A stretch of DNA of 64,000 nucleotides from Thermoanaerobaculia bacterium (GCA_038245905.1 JBBRRY010000004.1:78274-142273), one strand, 5' to 3'. Counted from the first letter of the stretch, positions 48,029 through 57,269 are shown. Translations and numbers: made by a program. The notes: a model not told the origin generated them from the letters alone.

Positions 48029-50017
48029 ATGCGCCGCCCGAGCGCTGCCATCGTCCTCGTCTGCGGAGTGCTCGCGGCCTGCGGGTCTCGCAATCCGATC
48101 GCGCGGCGCGCCGCGCGTCTCGAGTCCCTCGTGGACGCCCGCCGGATCGAGAAGACCGTCGAGGCGCTGGCCCGCGTTCCACACCGGGCGGGGACTCCCG
48201 CGCAACGCGCCGCGGTCGCCGCCGTCGTGGAAATTCTCCGTGCGAACGGCCTCGAGACCGTCGTCGCCGAGCAGCCGGTGAATCTGCCGGAGCCCGTCGA
48301 GGCCTCGCTGGTCGTCGAGGGACCGTCGGAACACGCGTTCGACGTCACCGAGCGCGCGCTTCCGGGCGACCCCTACTCCAAGGCGGCCCCTCTCGAGATT
48401 CCCTTCTTCGCCTGGGCTCCCGACGGTGACGTGTCCGCGCGGGTCGTCTACGCGAATCACGGAGCGCGGGAGGACTACGACGTCCTGCGCCGGGCCGGCG
48501 TCTCCGTGAAAGGGGCCATCGTCCTCGCTCGCGCGCAAGGGATCTGCCGGGCGATGAAGTCGGTTCTCGCCGAGGACGAAGGGGCCATAGCGCTGCTCCT
48601 CTACCCAGAGCGGCGCGACCTCGGGATCGTGAAGCCCGATTTTCCCGCGGGACCCTACCTGAACCCGTGGACCGTGCAACGAGGCTCGATGCTGCGTTAC
48701 TTCCTTCGCCCCGGCGATCCGGACTGCGCGCCAGGCCGCGAGCTTCCGCGTCTCCGGCCCGCGTTGCCCGCGCTGCCCGTGTCGGAAACCGTCGCGGCGG
48801 ATCTGCTCGGTCGCGTGGAGGGGGCGGCCGCGCCCCAGGACTGGACCGGATGGCTGCCGATTCCCTATCGCCTGGGAACGACGAAGGAGGCCGTGCGCCT
48901 GCATACGCGATCGCGCACCGAGGCGCGCGTGCTCTTCAACGTCACGGCGACTCTCGCGGGACGCCGGCCAGGCGCCGCGGCGGTCGTCGTGGGGGGGCAC
49001 ACGGATGCTTGGGTGAACGGAGCCGTCGATCCCGTGTCGGGCGCCGCCGTCGTCCTCGAGACCGCGGCCGCGCTCTCGGCGCTCGTCCGGGAAGGCTGGA
49101 AGCCGGAGCGCGACATCGTCTTCGCGCTCTTCGACGGCGAGGAATACGGCATGCTCGGCTCGACTCGCTGGGTCGAGCAGCGTCTCGCCGCGCGGGCGGC
49201 GCCCCTGGGCGTGTTCCTTTACGTGGACTCATCGGTCCGCGCGCTCGATTTCATGGCGGACGCCTCCCCGGGGCTCGCCGAGTCTCTCGACGAGATCCTG
49301 GGGCGCGTCGTCGATCCGGTCTCGAATCATCTCCTTCTGGCGGTGCGCCCTGCCATGCAGCTTCCTGGCTTCAGCGGCGACACGTCGCCGTTCCTCGGTC
49401 TCGGCGGTGTGCCCTCCGCGCAGCTCGGATTCGGCCGGCGCACCTACGCGCAATACCACTCCGCGTACGACGACCCCTATCTCCTGGGCCGCATCCTCGA
49501 TCCCGGCTACGTGATGAGCGCCACGCTCGCGCGCATCCTCACGCTTTGGACGTCGGTGCTCGCCGAGTCGTCCGAGCCGCCCTGGCGCCTGTCCGAGGTC
49601 GCGGCGTTTCTGACGGACGAATTCGCGAAGCTGGAAAAGACGTCTGCCGCGCGCCTTTCGCGTCGCGGCGAGCTCTTCGCGGCGGTCGTGAGGCTGCGTC
49701 TCGCGGCGCGTGCGTGGGAGTCGATCGACACGGGGCGCCGCCGGGCGAGCGCGGAGAAGACGGAGCCTCTGCTGCTCGACGCAATGGGCGCGTTTCTCGA
49801 TCCGGCCGAGCGCGATTTCGCGCGCCGCAACCTGCTTTTGGGGCCGTCTGCCGAAACCGGCTGCGGAACGGACACGCTGCCGGGTCTCCGGCGGGCGCTC
49901 CGCGGCGACGGCTCGGTGGAAGCCGAGAGCGAGCGGCTCCTTCGCGCGCTGAAGACTTCCGAGGCGAAGCTGCGCGAGGCCGCGCGGATCGCCGCGGGGA
50001 GCAAGAGCGGGCCCTGA
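48029..50017 (+). CDS. M28 family peptidase paralogue, predicted lipoprotein
   Basis: Lipobox LAAC; PHRAGT, GHTDAW..GAVDP.SG, DGEEYG, YVD, YHSAYD. Confidence 0.88.
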   Translation: MRRPSAAIVLVCGVLAACGSRNPIARRAARLESLVDARRIEKTVEALARVPHRAGTPAQRAAVAAVVEILRANGLETVVAEQPVNLPEPVEASLVVEGPSEHAFDVTERALPGDPYSKAAPLEIPFFAWAPDGDVSARVVYANHGAREDYDVLRRAGVSVKGAIVLARAQGICRAMKSVLAEDEGAIALLLYPERRDLGIVKPDFPAGPYLNPWTVQRGSMLRYFLRPGDPDCAPGRELPRLRPALPALPVSETVAADLLGRVEGAAAPQDWTGWLPIPYRLGTTKEAVRLHTRSRTEARVLFNVTATLAGRRPGAAAVVVGGHTDAWVNGAVDPVSGAAVVLETAAALSALVREGWKPERDIVFALFDGEEYGMLGSTRWVEQRLAARAAPLGVFLYVDSSVRALDFMADASPGLAESLDEILGRVVDPVSNHLLLAVRPAMQLPGFSGDTSPFLGLGGVPSAQLGFGRRTYAQYHSAYDDPYLLGRILDPGYVMSATLARILTLWTSVLAESSEPPWRLSEVAAFLTDEFAKLEKTSAARLSRRGELFAAVVRLRLAARAWESIDTGRRRASAEKTEPLLLDAMGAFLDPAERDFARRNLLLGPSAETGCGTDTLPGLRRALRGDGSVEAESERLLRALKTSEAKLREAARIAAGSKSGP

Positions 50018-50020
50018 CGG

Positions 50021-53000
50021 TCAGTGGAAATCGTGGCTCGGGAGATCCGGAAGAGCCGGGAGCGGCCAGAATCGCTCGGCCCTCACGGAGACGTTTCCGC
50101 CTTCTTTCTGGAGCTTTCCCTCCACGACGAGGCCTCCCGACCCCACGATGAGGGCCCGGTGCTCCTTGAAGAGGTCGGGCCTGACGATGGCTTGCACGAT
50201 GCCGCTCTCGTCCTCGAGCGACAGGAAGACGAAGCCCTTCGCGGTGCCCGGGCGCTGCCGCACGATGACCGCGCCCGCGGCCTTCACGCGTTCGCCTTCG
50301 GGCACGCTCCGGAGCTCCATCGCCGACAGGATCGACCGCGCGGCGAGGGCCGGGCGCAGGTGTTCGAGGAGATGCGGCCCGGCGGTCAGGTCCGTCGCGC
50401 GGTAGTCGGCGATCGTCTCCTCCACGGCGGACATTTCGGGAAGAGGAGATTTCTGCGAAGAGGAAGAAAGAGGAAGATTTTCATAGAGGGTCCCGAGCGG
50501 ACGGGAAACTTCCGCCACCTGCCAGAGGGCGGTGCGGCGGGAGACGTCGAGGGACGTGAGCGCTCCGGAGTAGGCGATCAAAGTCGTCTCGTCCGGGCGG
50601 ATGCGGCATCGCCGCGAAAAGTCAGGAACAGTTTCGAAGAATCCCCTCTTCCGTTCTTCCTCGATGGCTCTCCCCGTCGCTTCTTTCAGGCCCTTCACGA
50701 AGCGCAAACCCAGCCGTATGGCGAGGGGCCCCTCCTCACCTTCTAAGAAATCTTTCTTTTCTTCTCTCTCCAACCCGCATTCCCAGCCAGAAGAATTCAC
50801 GTCGATCGGCAGGACCGGCGTCCCGTGGCGCTGGATGTCTTTCACGATCGTGGCTGGGTGGTAGAAGCCCATCGGCCACGCGTTCAGGAGGCACGCCGTG
50901 AACGCCGCCGGGTGATGCGCCTTCAGCCACGCGCTCGCGTACGCGATGAGCGCGAAGCTGGCCGCGTGCGATTCGGGAAAGCCGTAGAGCGCGAACGACG
51001 TGATGGACTTGACGATCTGATCCTGCGCGGGCCCCGTGATCCCGTTCTTCACCATCCCGGACCTGAGGCGCTCTTCGATCGACCCCATGCGCTCCTGCGA
51101 TCGCTTGAAGCCCATCGCGCGGCGCAGCTCTTCCGCCTCGCCGCCCGTGAAGCCCGCGGCGACCATCGCGATCTTCAGCAGCTGCTCCTGGAACAGCGGG
51201 ACGCCGAGCGTGCGCTTCAGGATCGGCTCGAGGCACGGGTGCGGGTATTCCACGGGCGCCTTGCCCTGCCGCCGGTCGAAGAAGGGATGCACCATGCCGC
51301 CCACGATCGGCCCCGGCCGGATGATGGCCACCTGGACGACGATGTCGTAGAAGATCTTCGGCAGATGGCGGGGTAGAGACGCCATCTGCGCCCGGCTTTC
51401 CACCTGGAAGAGGCCGATCGTGTCCGCGGTCTGGAGCATCGTGTAGACCCGGGCGTCGCCCGCGGGCAGGTGGGCGAGATCCACGTCGACACCCTCGTGT
51501 TCCTTGATCGCGGGCAGCATCTTCTCGATCGCGCCGAGCATTCCGAGGCCGAGAAGATCCACCTTCACGATCCCGAGGTCCGCGCAGTCGTCCTTGTCCC
51601 ACTGGATGACGACGCGCCCTTCCATGGCCGCGGGCTCGAGCGGCACGACCTCGGACAGCTTTCCCATCGCCACGACCATGCCGCCCGAGTGCTGCCCGAG
51701 GTGGCGCGGCAGGTTCTGGACACGCATGAAGAGCTTCCCGAAGTGGGCGACGCGCGGGTGCGCGGGGTCGAAGCCCGCGGCGGCCAGCTCGGCCGCGAGG
51801 TCGGCCGCGCCGTCGCGGTACTCGCCGAAGCTCCACTTCCCGAGGCGCTTGGCGATCGTGTCGACCTGCTCCGCCGAGAAGCCCAGGGCCTTCGCCATTT
51901 CGCGGGACGCCGAGCGGTCGCGATACGTGATGACGTTCGCCGTCATCGCGGCTCCTGCGGGGCCGTACGTCTTGTAGACGTGCTGGATGACCTTCTCGCG
52001 CGGATCGCCAGAGGGAAGGTCGAGGTCGATGTCGGGCCACTCGCCGCGTTCCTCCGAGAGGAAGCGCTCGAAGAGAAGCTCCATCTTGACGGGGTCGATC
52101 GCCGTGATCGAGAGCGCGTAGCAGACGGCGCTGTTCGCGGCCGACCCGCGGCCCTGCACGAGGATGTGCTCCTTCTTGCAGAAGTTCACGATGTCCCAGA
52201 CGATGAGGAAGTAGCCCGCGAGGTCCAGCTTCGCGATGAGGTCGAGCTCGCGCTGGAGCTGCGCCTGCGCCTTGCCCGTGAGCGGCCGGAAGCGGCCCCG
52301 CGCGCCCTCCCACGTGACGCGCCTGAGGAAGGACGACGGCGTCTCGCCCGGAGGCAGCGCGTACGCGGGGAAGCGGTAGCCGAGATCCGCAAGCGTGAAG
52401 GAGAGGCGCCCCGCGAGCGCGGCGCTGGCTTCGAGGACGCCCGGCAGATCCGCGAAGAGGGCTTCCATGTCGCGCGCGGACTTCATGTGGCGCTCGCGCC
52501 CGGCGTGCAGCTTCGTTCCCGCGGCGTCGAGGTGCGTGTGGTGGCGGATGCACGTGAGCGCGTCGAACAGGTCCTTGTCTTTCCGCTCCGCGTAGCGCAC
52601 GCCGTTCGTCGCGAGGACGCCCAGGCGCGCGGCGCCCGCAAGGTCCTGGAGCGCGCGGTTCACATGCTCCTCCTCCCGCAGGAGATGGCGCTGCAGCTCC
52701 ACGTGCACGCGCCCGGGAAACAGCGCGGCGAGGCGGTCCAGCTCGCGCGCGGCCCCGTCGAGCCCGCCGGATGCCAGCGCGCGCGTCACGACGCTCTCCT
52801 CGCCGCCCGTCAGCACGTGGAGCCCCTCCGCGTGCGCGGCGACCTCCTCCCACGTCGCGGCCGCCTGCCCCTTCGGCTTTCCCGCAGCGGCGGCGGTCAG
52901 GAGCAGGCAGAGGTTCCTGTAGCCCTTCTGGTTCTCGACGAGCAGCGTCAGGCGGGGAGGAGAAATTCCTGCTGGGAGGGGAGGGGGAACGAGGCCGCGA

Positions 53001-53446
53001 GGACCAGAGAGATTTTCTTTGAATGATGAAGAGATCGATTTGCCGCTTCTGCCCTCTCCCTCTCTATCTTTCAAAGAAATATTTCTTGATCGATGCATCT
53101 GAAGAACGACTTCCGCCCCGACGAGCGCCTTGACGCCCGCCGCCTTCGCGGACTTCCAGAAGCGCGGGGCGCCGGAGACGCCGTTCGTGTCGATGAGCGC
53201 GACAGCGGGGAGATCGAGCGCCGCCGCGCGATCGACGAGGTCTTCCGGCAGCGACGAGCCGTTCAGGAACGAGAACGCCGAGGCGACGCGCAGCTCGGCG
53301 TAAGCTCGCGCGCGCCGGGCGGGAACCGGCGGGCGTTCGAAGGCGCGCGCGCGCGCCTTCTCCTTGCGCGCGCCGGGCCCGTTGGGATGCAGGCCGCATC
53401 CGCCGTAAGGACCGATGAAGTCGCGGGTGGGAGGCCCTTCCGCCAT
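50021..53446 (-). CDS. dnaE2: error-prone DNA polymerase DnaE2 (ImuC)
   Basis: PHP domain, QGRGSAANS, PDIDLD, PRHLGQHSGG, YGFPESHAASFA, RQRPGTAKG, C-terminal SHDFH (SRDFH-like). Confidence 0.96.
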   Translation of the reverse strand: MAEGPPTRDFIGPYGGCGLHPNGPGARKEKARARAFERPPVPARRARAYAELRVASAFSFLNGSSLPEDLVDRAAALDLPAVALIDTNGVSGAPRFWKSAKAAGVKALVGAEVVLQMHRSRNISLKDREGEGRSGKSISSSFKENLSGPRGLVPPPLPAGISPPRLTLLVENQKGYRNLCLLLTAAAAGKPKGQAAATWEEVAAHAEGLHVLTGGEESVVTRALASGGLDGAARELDRLAALFPGRVHVELQRHLLREEEHVNRALQDLAGAARLGVLATNGVRYAERKDKDLFDALTCIRHHTHLDAAGTKLHAGRERHMKSARDMEALFADLPGVLEASAALAGRLSFTLADLGYRFPAYALPPGETPSSFLRRVTWEGARGRFRPLTGKAQAQLQRELDLIAKLDLAGYFLIVWDIVNFCKKEHILVQGRGSAANSAVCYALSITAIDPVKMELLFERFLSEERGEWPDIDLDLPSGDPREKVIQHVYKTYGPAGAAMTANVITYRDRSASREMAKALGFSAEQVDTIAKRLGKWSFGEYRDGAADLAAELAAAGFDPAHPRVAHFGKLFMRVQNLPRHLGQHSGGMVVAMGKLSEVVPLEPAAMEGRVVIQWDKDDCADLGIVKVDLLGLGMLGAIEKMLPAIKEHEGVDVDLAHLPAGDARVYTMLQTADTIGLFQVESRAQMASLPRHLPKIFYDIVVQVAIIRPGPIVGGMVHPFFDRRQGKAPVEYPHPCLEPILKRTLGVPLFQEQLLKIAMVAAGFTGGEAEELRRAMGFKRSQERMGSIEERLRSGMVKNGITGPAQDQIVKSITSFALYGFPESHAASFALIAYASAWLKAHHPAAFTACLLNAWPMGFYHPATIVKDIQRHGTPVLPIDVNSSGWECGLEREEKKDFLEGEEGPLAIRLGLRFVKGLKEATGRAIEEERKRGFFETVPDFSRRCRIRPDETTLIAYSGALTSLDVSRRTALWQVAEVSRPLGTLYENLPLSSSSQKSPLPEMSAVEETIADYRATDLTAGPHLLEHLRPALAARSILSAMELRSVPEGERVKAAGAVIVRQRPGTAKGFVFLSLEDESGIVQAIVRPDLFKEHRALIVGSGGLVVEGKLQKEGGNVSVRAERFWPLPALPDLPSHDFH

Positions 53447-53455
53447 GGGCCGGCG

Positions 53456-53484
53456 AGCCTAGACGCAAGTGAGACGTAAGTCAA
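53456..53484 (-). promoter_or_regulatory. sigma70-like promoter of dnaE2 with overlapping direct-repeat operator
   Basis: TTGACT-17 nt-TAGGCT; ACTTACG-N4-ACTTGCG at 53464-53481. Confidence 0.75.
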
Positions 53485-53490
53485 CGGTGG

Positions 53491-54114
53491 CTATTTCGAC
53501 GAGGGCGCGCGCTCCAGCGCGGTGAGCCGCAGAGAGAGGTCCGGCGCGGCCCAGAAGCCGAGGCCGCACTCCACGAGGCCCGCGCCGCGGAACTTCCTCC
53601 GGTACCACGCGGCCCGGCGCATCTTGAAGCCCACCGTGTCGCCCTCGATGCCGGTCTCGAGATCGTCGTCGGCCGAGAGGAAATCGAAATACGCGACGCC
53701 GCCGATCAGCTCGGGCAGGCCGTGGAGCCCGAGCAAGACCTCGCGCGTCGGCACGTAATGCAGTGCGTCCGAGCACACGACGAGGTCGAACGGCTCGTCG
53801 AAGCGCAGCTCGGCCAGCTGGCCCCACGAGCCCGGCCGGACGTTGCGCGAGCGGCCGAAGCGCTTGACGGCGTAATCGCTCGTGTCGAGGCCCAGGTAGC
53901 GAAGCTTCGGGCGCAGCTCGCGCAGTAGCGGGAACCACGCCCCTTCGCCGCAGCCCACGTCGAGCACGGACGCGAGCGGCCGCCCGAGGAGATGCTCCGC
54001 GACCCCGACGGCCATCGCAGCTTTCCGAGCGACGCCCGCGCGGCGCACGATGCATTTGCGCGGGTCGCGATACCACTTGCGGAAGTACGCCGCGTCGTAG
54101 AGCTTTCCCTTCAG
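53491..54114 (-). CDS. class I SAM-dependent methyltransferase
   Basis: VLDVGCGEG, LGLDTS, FDLVVC; the frame stays open upstream to YDAAYFRKWY, so the start is CTG 54114 or GTG 54048. Confidence 0.8.
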   Translation of the reverse strand: MKGKLYDAAYFRKWYRDPRKCIVRRAGVARKAAMAVGVAEHLLGRPLASVLDVGCGEGAWFPLLRELRPKLRYLGLDTSDYAVKRFGRSRNVRPGSWGQLAELRFDEPFDLVVCSDALHYVPTREVLLGLHGLPELIGGVAYFDFLSADDDLETGIEGDTVGFKMRRAAWYRRKFRGAGLVECGLGFWAAPDLSLRLTALERAPSSK

Positions 54115-54527
54115 ATGAGGCCGTCCTTCTTCCAGCGCGCGTAGGCCGCCTTCGTGAGCGCGGAAAGCTCCTTGAAGAGTGCGGCATCGGGTTCCTTGAA
54201 GTTGAAGCAGGCCTTCCCCTGCATGCGCTTTTTCAGCGCGGGAGGGACCATCTGGAGCAGGCCGTCGCTCATGTAGATCGGCATGAGGTGGACGCTCACG
54301 TACGCCTTGCCGATCCGCGTACAGACGAACCAGAGGCCCTTCGGAGCCTGCGGGAAGCGCGCGTTCGGCGGCGTGAGGAGGAGGAACTCGTCGGGCCCGT
54401 CCTTCGCCACCGTGAGTCCCTTCTTCTTCGTGAAGGGGTCGAGGACCTTCCGTAGCGCGGCGTGCGTTTCGCGGAACGCGTCCGGAACTCCGGCGGATGC
54501 TCCGGACTTCTTTCTGTCCGTCTTCAT
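54111..54527 (-). CDS. YdhG/DUF1801-like protein
   Basis: GKAYVSVHLMPIY...LKKRMQGKACFNFK pattern. Confidence 0.6.
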   Translation of the reverse strand: MKTDRKKSGASAGVPDAFRETHAALRKVLDPFTKKKGLTVAKDGPDEFLLLTPPNARFPQAPKGLWFVCTRIGKAYVSVHLMPIYMSDGLLQMVPPALKKRMQGKACFNFKEPDAALFKELSALTKAAYARWKKDGLI

Positions 54528-54534
54528 CGGAACC

Positions 54535-54861
54535 TCACGCCTTGACCATCACGAGGATCATCTTGAACGGCGCCGTCGCGCGCAGGCCGTGCGGCACGTT
54601 CGCGGGCAGGAGGAGGATGTCTCCCGCCGAGACTTGGTGGGGCGCGCCCGCGATCTTGACCTCCGCTGTCCCCTCGACCCCGAATACGAGCGCGTCGAAG
54701 GGGGCGGAGTGCTCGCTCAGGGCCTCGCCGGTGTCGAACGCGAATGCCGTCACCGTGCCTCCCGCGGCCTTCACGAGCGTGCGACTCACGACGGCGCCGG
54801 CCTGCAGGGCGACGAGGCCGGTCTGGGGAACGGAATCGGGCGGAAGGGGTTGATGGGCCAT
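54535..54861 (-). CDS. cupin domain protein
   Basis: VSRTL, FAFDTGEALSEHSAP, PANVPHGL; GGAGA RBS before ATG 54861. Confidence 0.85.
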   Translation of the reverse strand: MAHQPLPPDSVPQTGLVALQAGAVVSRTLVKAAGGTVTAFAFDTGEALSEHSAPFDALVFGVEGTAEVKIAGAPHQVSAGDILLLPANVPHGLRATAPFKMILVMVKA

Positions 54862-54911
54862 GGGCTCTCCTTGCGCGCGGACAATAGCGCTGCCGGCGGA
54901 AGGATGTCGGT

Positions 54912-56441
54912 CTAGTCGTAGACGCCGTCCGCGAACCACTCGCCGCCGGGCTCGTCGCGGAAGATGCGATAGAGGCCGCCACCCGAAAGCTCGACGTCCC
55001 AGTACGCGCGGAAGGCGGGCGCCTCCTGCCACCAGCCCTCCTCGAGGCGCCACGGCCCCGAGGCGACGCGCACGGGGCCGGCCACGTCGACGGCCGTCCG
55101 CCCGCCGCCGTCCGTGGGAGGAGTCGAGGCCAGCGCGCGCAGCGACGCGGGGCGCTCGCCTTCGAGAAGAACCTCGAGCGGCACGGCCGGGCGCAGCACC
55201 CGCACCGAAAGCAGCCCCCGCCCAGTCCGCGGAGTCCTGCGGACCGCGGGGGGAGGCGGGGGCGCGAACGGCACGAGGGCGAATCGCTCGGGGCAGTGGC
55301 CGTCCACCGCCTGCGGCGCGCCGGCGCGCCCCGGCCCCAGCAGCGCGAACAGCTTCGCGAGCGCCGTCGCGAGCCGGTCGGGCGAAATCTCGGCCGGCCC
55401 GAACAGCGTGAGCTGGCCCTTGCGCGGCGCGTCGGGATGCGCCGTGAGTGAGAAGCCCGTCACGGCGGCACCGGGCGGCCGGCCCTCGAGGCCGAGGCGC
55501 ACGAGGGTGACGAGCGTCTTCACGTCGCGCGTGGGCGCGGGCAGCTCGATCGTGCGCGTGTCGCAGCCCTCGGGCTCGAGCGTCAGCGACACGTCCAGCC
55601 GCGCGCAGCCGACGGCCTCGGCCTCGAGGCGCCGCGCGAGCCGCTCGAGTGCGCCCTCGGCCAGCGCGAGGAACGGTTCCAGCGTGACGAGCGGCCACTC
55701 CAGCTCCATGCCCTCCGTGAAGCCCGGCGGCGGCCGGCGCGGCACGAGGGGGCGCGGATCGCGCCCGCGCGCAATCTCGTGCAGCGCGTGCCCGCGCGCG
55801 CCGAGCCGGCTCGCGACGTCGGCCGCGGGCAGCTTCGCGAGGTCGCCCACCGACGAGAGCCCCCAGCGCGCGAGCGTCTCGACGATCTCGGCCTCGGGGT
55901 CCAGCTTCACGAGCGGCAGCGGCGCGAGGAACGCGGCCTCGCCGCCGGCGGCGACGACGACGGGGGAGTCCGGCAGCGTCGCGGCCACGCGCGCCGCGAG
56001 CTTGCTCGACGCGAGACCGCAGCGCGCGGGCAACGACTCGCGCTTCGCGGCGGCGATCAGCGCGCGCCCGAGGTCGCGCTCGTCGGGGAAGAGGCGCTCG
56101 AGGCCGTCCGCGTCGAGGTACACGACGCCGTCGCCCGCGTCCTCCACGCGCGGCGACACCGTGCCGGCGACGTCGAGGAGCGCCTCCTGTGCGGCGCGCT
56201 CGCTCTCGAGGTCGCGCGCGCGGGTCAGGAGGTCGGGCAGAAGCGCCCGCGCCTGCGGCAGCGTGAAGCCGGGGCGGATGCCGGCCTTGCGCGCCTTGCG
56301 CGTGGCGGCCACCACGTGCGCGAACGTTCCGTTCCCCTCGCACAGGATGACCGCCTCGTCCCGGAGCGCGGGCTCGCTGCGCAGCCGCGCGGCGAGCGGA
56401 AACAGCGGCACCACGAGACACGCGAGACGGGGAGGGGACAT
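54912..56441 (-). CDS. imuB: ImuB, inactive Y-family polymerase
   Basis: RLACL..P.FPL, GIRPG.TL.QA, SPRVE, beta-clamp-like QLTLF, GPWRLEEGWW...YW...WFADGVYD. Confidence 0.92.
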   Translation of the reverse strand: MSPPRLACLVVPLFPLAARLRSEPALRDEAVILCEGNGTFAHVVAATRKARKAGIRPGFTLPQARALLPDLLTRARDLESERAAQEALLDVAGTVSPRVEDAGDGVVYLDADGLERLFPDERDLGRALIAAAKRESLPARCGLASSKLAARVAATLPDSPVVVAAGGEAAFLAPLPLVKLDPEAEIVETLARWGLSSVGDLAKLPAADVASRLGARGHALHEIARGRDPRPLVPRRPPPGFTEGMELEWPLVTLEPFLALAEGALERLARRLEAEAVGCARLDVSLTLEPEGCDTRTIELPAPTRDVKTLVTLVRLGLEGRPPGAAVTGFSLTAHPDAPRKGQLTLFGPAEISPDRLATALAKLFALLGPGRAGAPQAVDGHCPERFALVPFAPPPPPAVRRTPRTGRGLLSVRVLRPAVPLEVLLEGERPASLRALASTPPTDGGGRTAVDVAGPVRVASGPWRLEEGWWQEAPAFRAYWDVELSGGGLYRIFRDEPGGEWFADGVYD

Positions 56442-57263
56442 TCAGCGCCCGTATGCGGACAGATAGCCAGAAAACGCAGCGGCGTTTTCTTTCTTCCCCT
56501 CTTCCTTTCTAAGCAAATCTTTCTTTCTTTCTTCTTCTTTTCCTTTCTTCCCCGCCTGAAGCGCATCCAGCAGCGAAAGATTCAGCAGGCTGGCCTTTCC
56601 TTCCAGATGCATTTCGCGCCTCTCGAGGTTTTTCTCCACCACGAGGTGGGAAGACAGGCCGTCGAGCAGGCTGCGGTCCCAGCCTGCCCGCGCGGCATCC
56701 GCCGCGAGGACGATGCGCGCCGCGGTGCCCGTGACGCGATAGGGCGCGAGGACGAACAGCGCGGTGTCGTGGACGCGCGCGCGGCGCGCGAGGCGCAGCC
56801 ACACGGCGTCGTCGAAGCGCCGGCGCGAGACGCGTGCGAGCCCGAGGTCGAGGATGACGAGGGCGAAGCCTGTGGCGAGCACCGTCTCCGTGGCCGCCAG
56901 CGCCATCTTCACTCCGTTGGGGCGCAGCCACAGCACGCGCGAAAGCTCGGCGCCCGCGGCAGCCGCGCCCTGGGGGTCGAAGTGGTCGCCGGGATCGACG
57001 AGAGCGGCGGTCTCGCCCGTCTGCGTCGTGGCCGCAAGCGCGGAGAGCGCGATCGAGAAGCGGCCGGAGGACGCGCGCCCGGACATCTCCACCAGCGCCC
57101 CGCGCGGCAGCCCGCCCCCGAGGAGGCGGTCCAGCCCCTCGCACCCCGTCGGCAGACAGGCCGGCGCGAACCGCCCGCGCGAGAGTGAAAGCGAAAGCCC
57201 CGCGGCAGTGGTCATCTGCGCGGCGATGTCCGGAGGAAGAACGGGACGAGGCAGCGCCGGCAC
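56442..57263 (-). CDS. imuA: ImuA/ImuA'-like RecA-fold protein
   Basis: LPTG..LDRLLGGGLPRGALVE with a degenerate Walker A (GRASSGRF); directly upstream of imuB. Confidence 0.85.
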   Translation of the reverse strand: MPALPRPVLPPDIAAQMTTAAGLSLSLSRGRFAPACLPTGCEGLDRLLGGGLPRGALVEMSGRASSGRFSIALSALAATTQTGETAALVDPGDHFDPQGAAAAGAELSRVLWLRPNGVKMALAATETVLATGFALVILDLGLARVSRRRFDDAVWLRLARRARVHDTALFVLAPYRVTGTAARIVLAADAARAGWDRSLLDGLSSHLVVEKNLERREMHLEGKASLLNLSLLDALQAGKKGKEEERKKDLLRKEEGKKENAAAFSGYLSAYGR

Positions 57264-57269
57264 GCCGTA

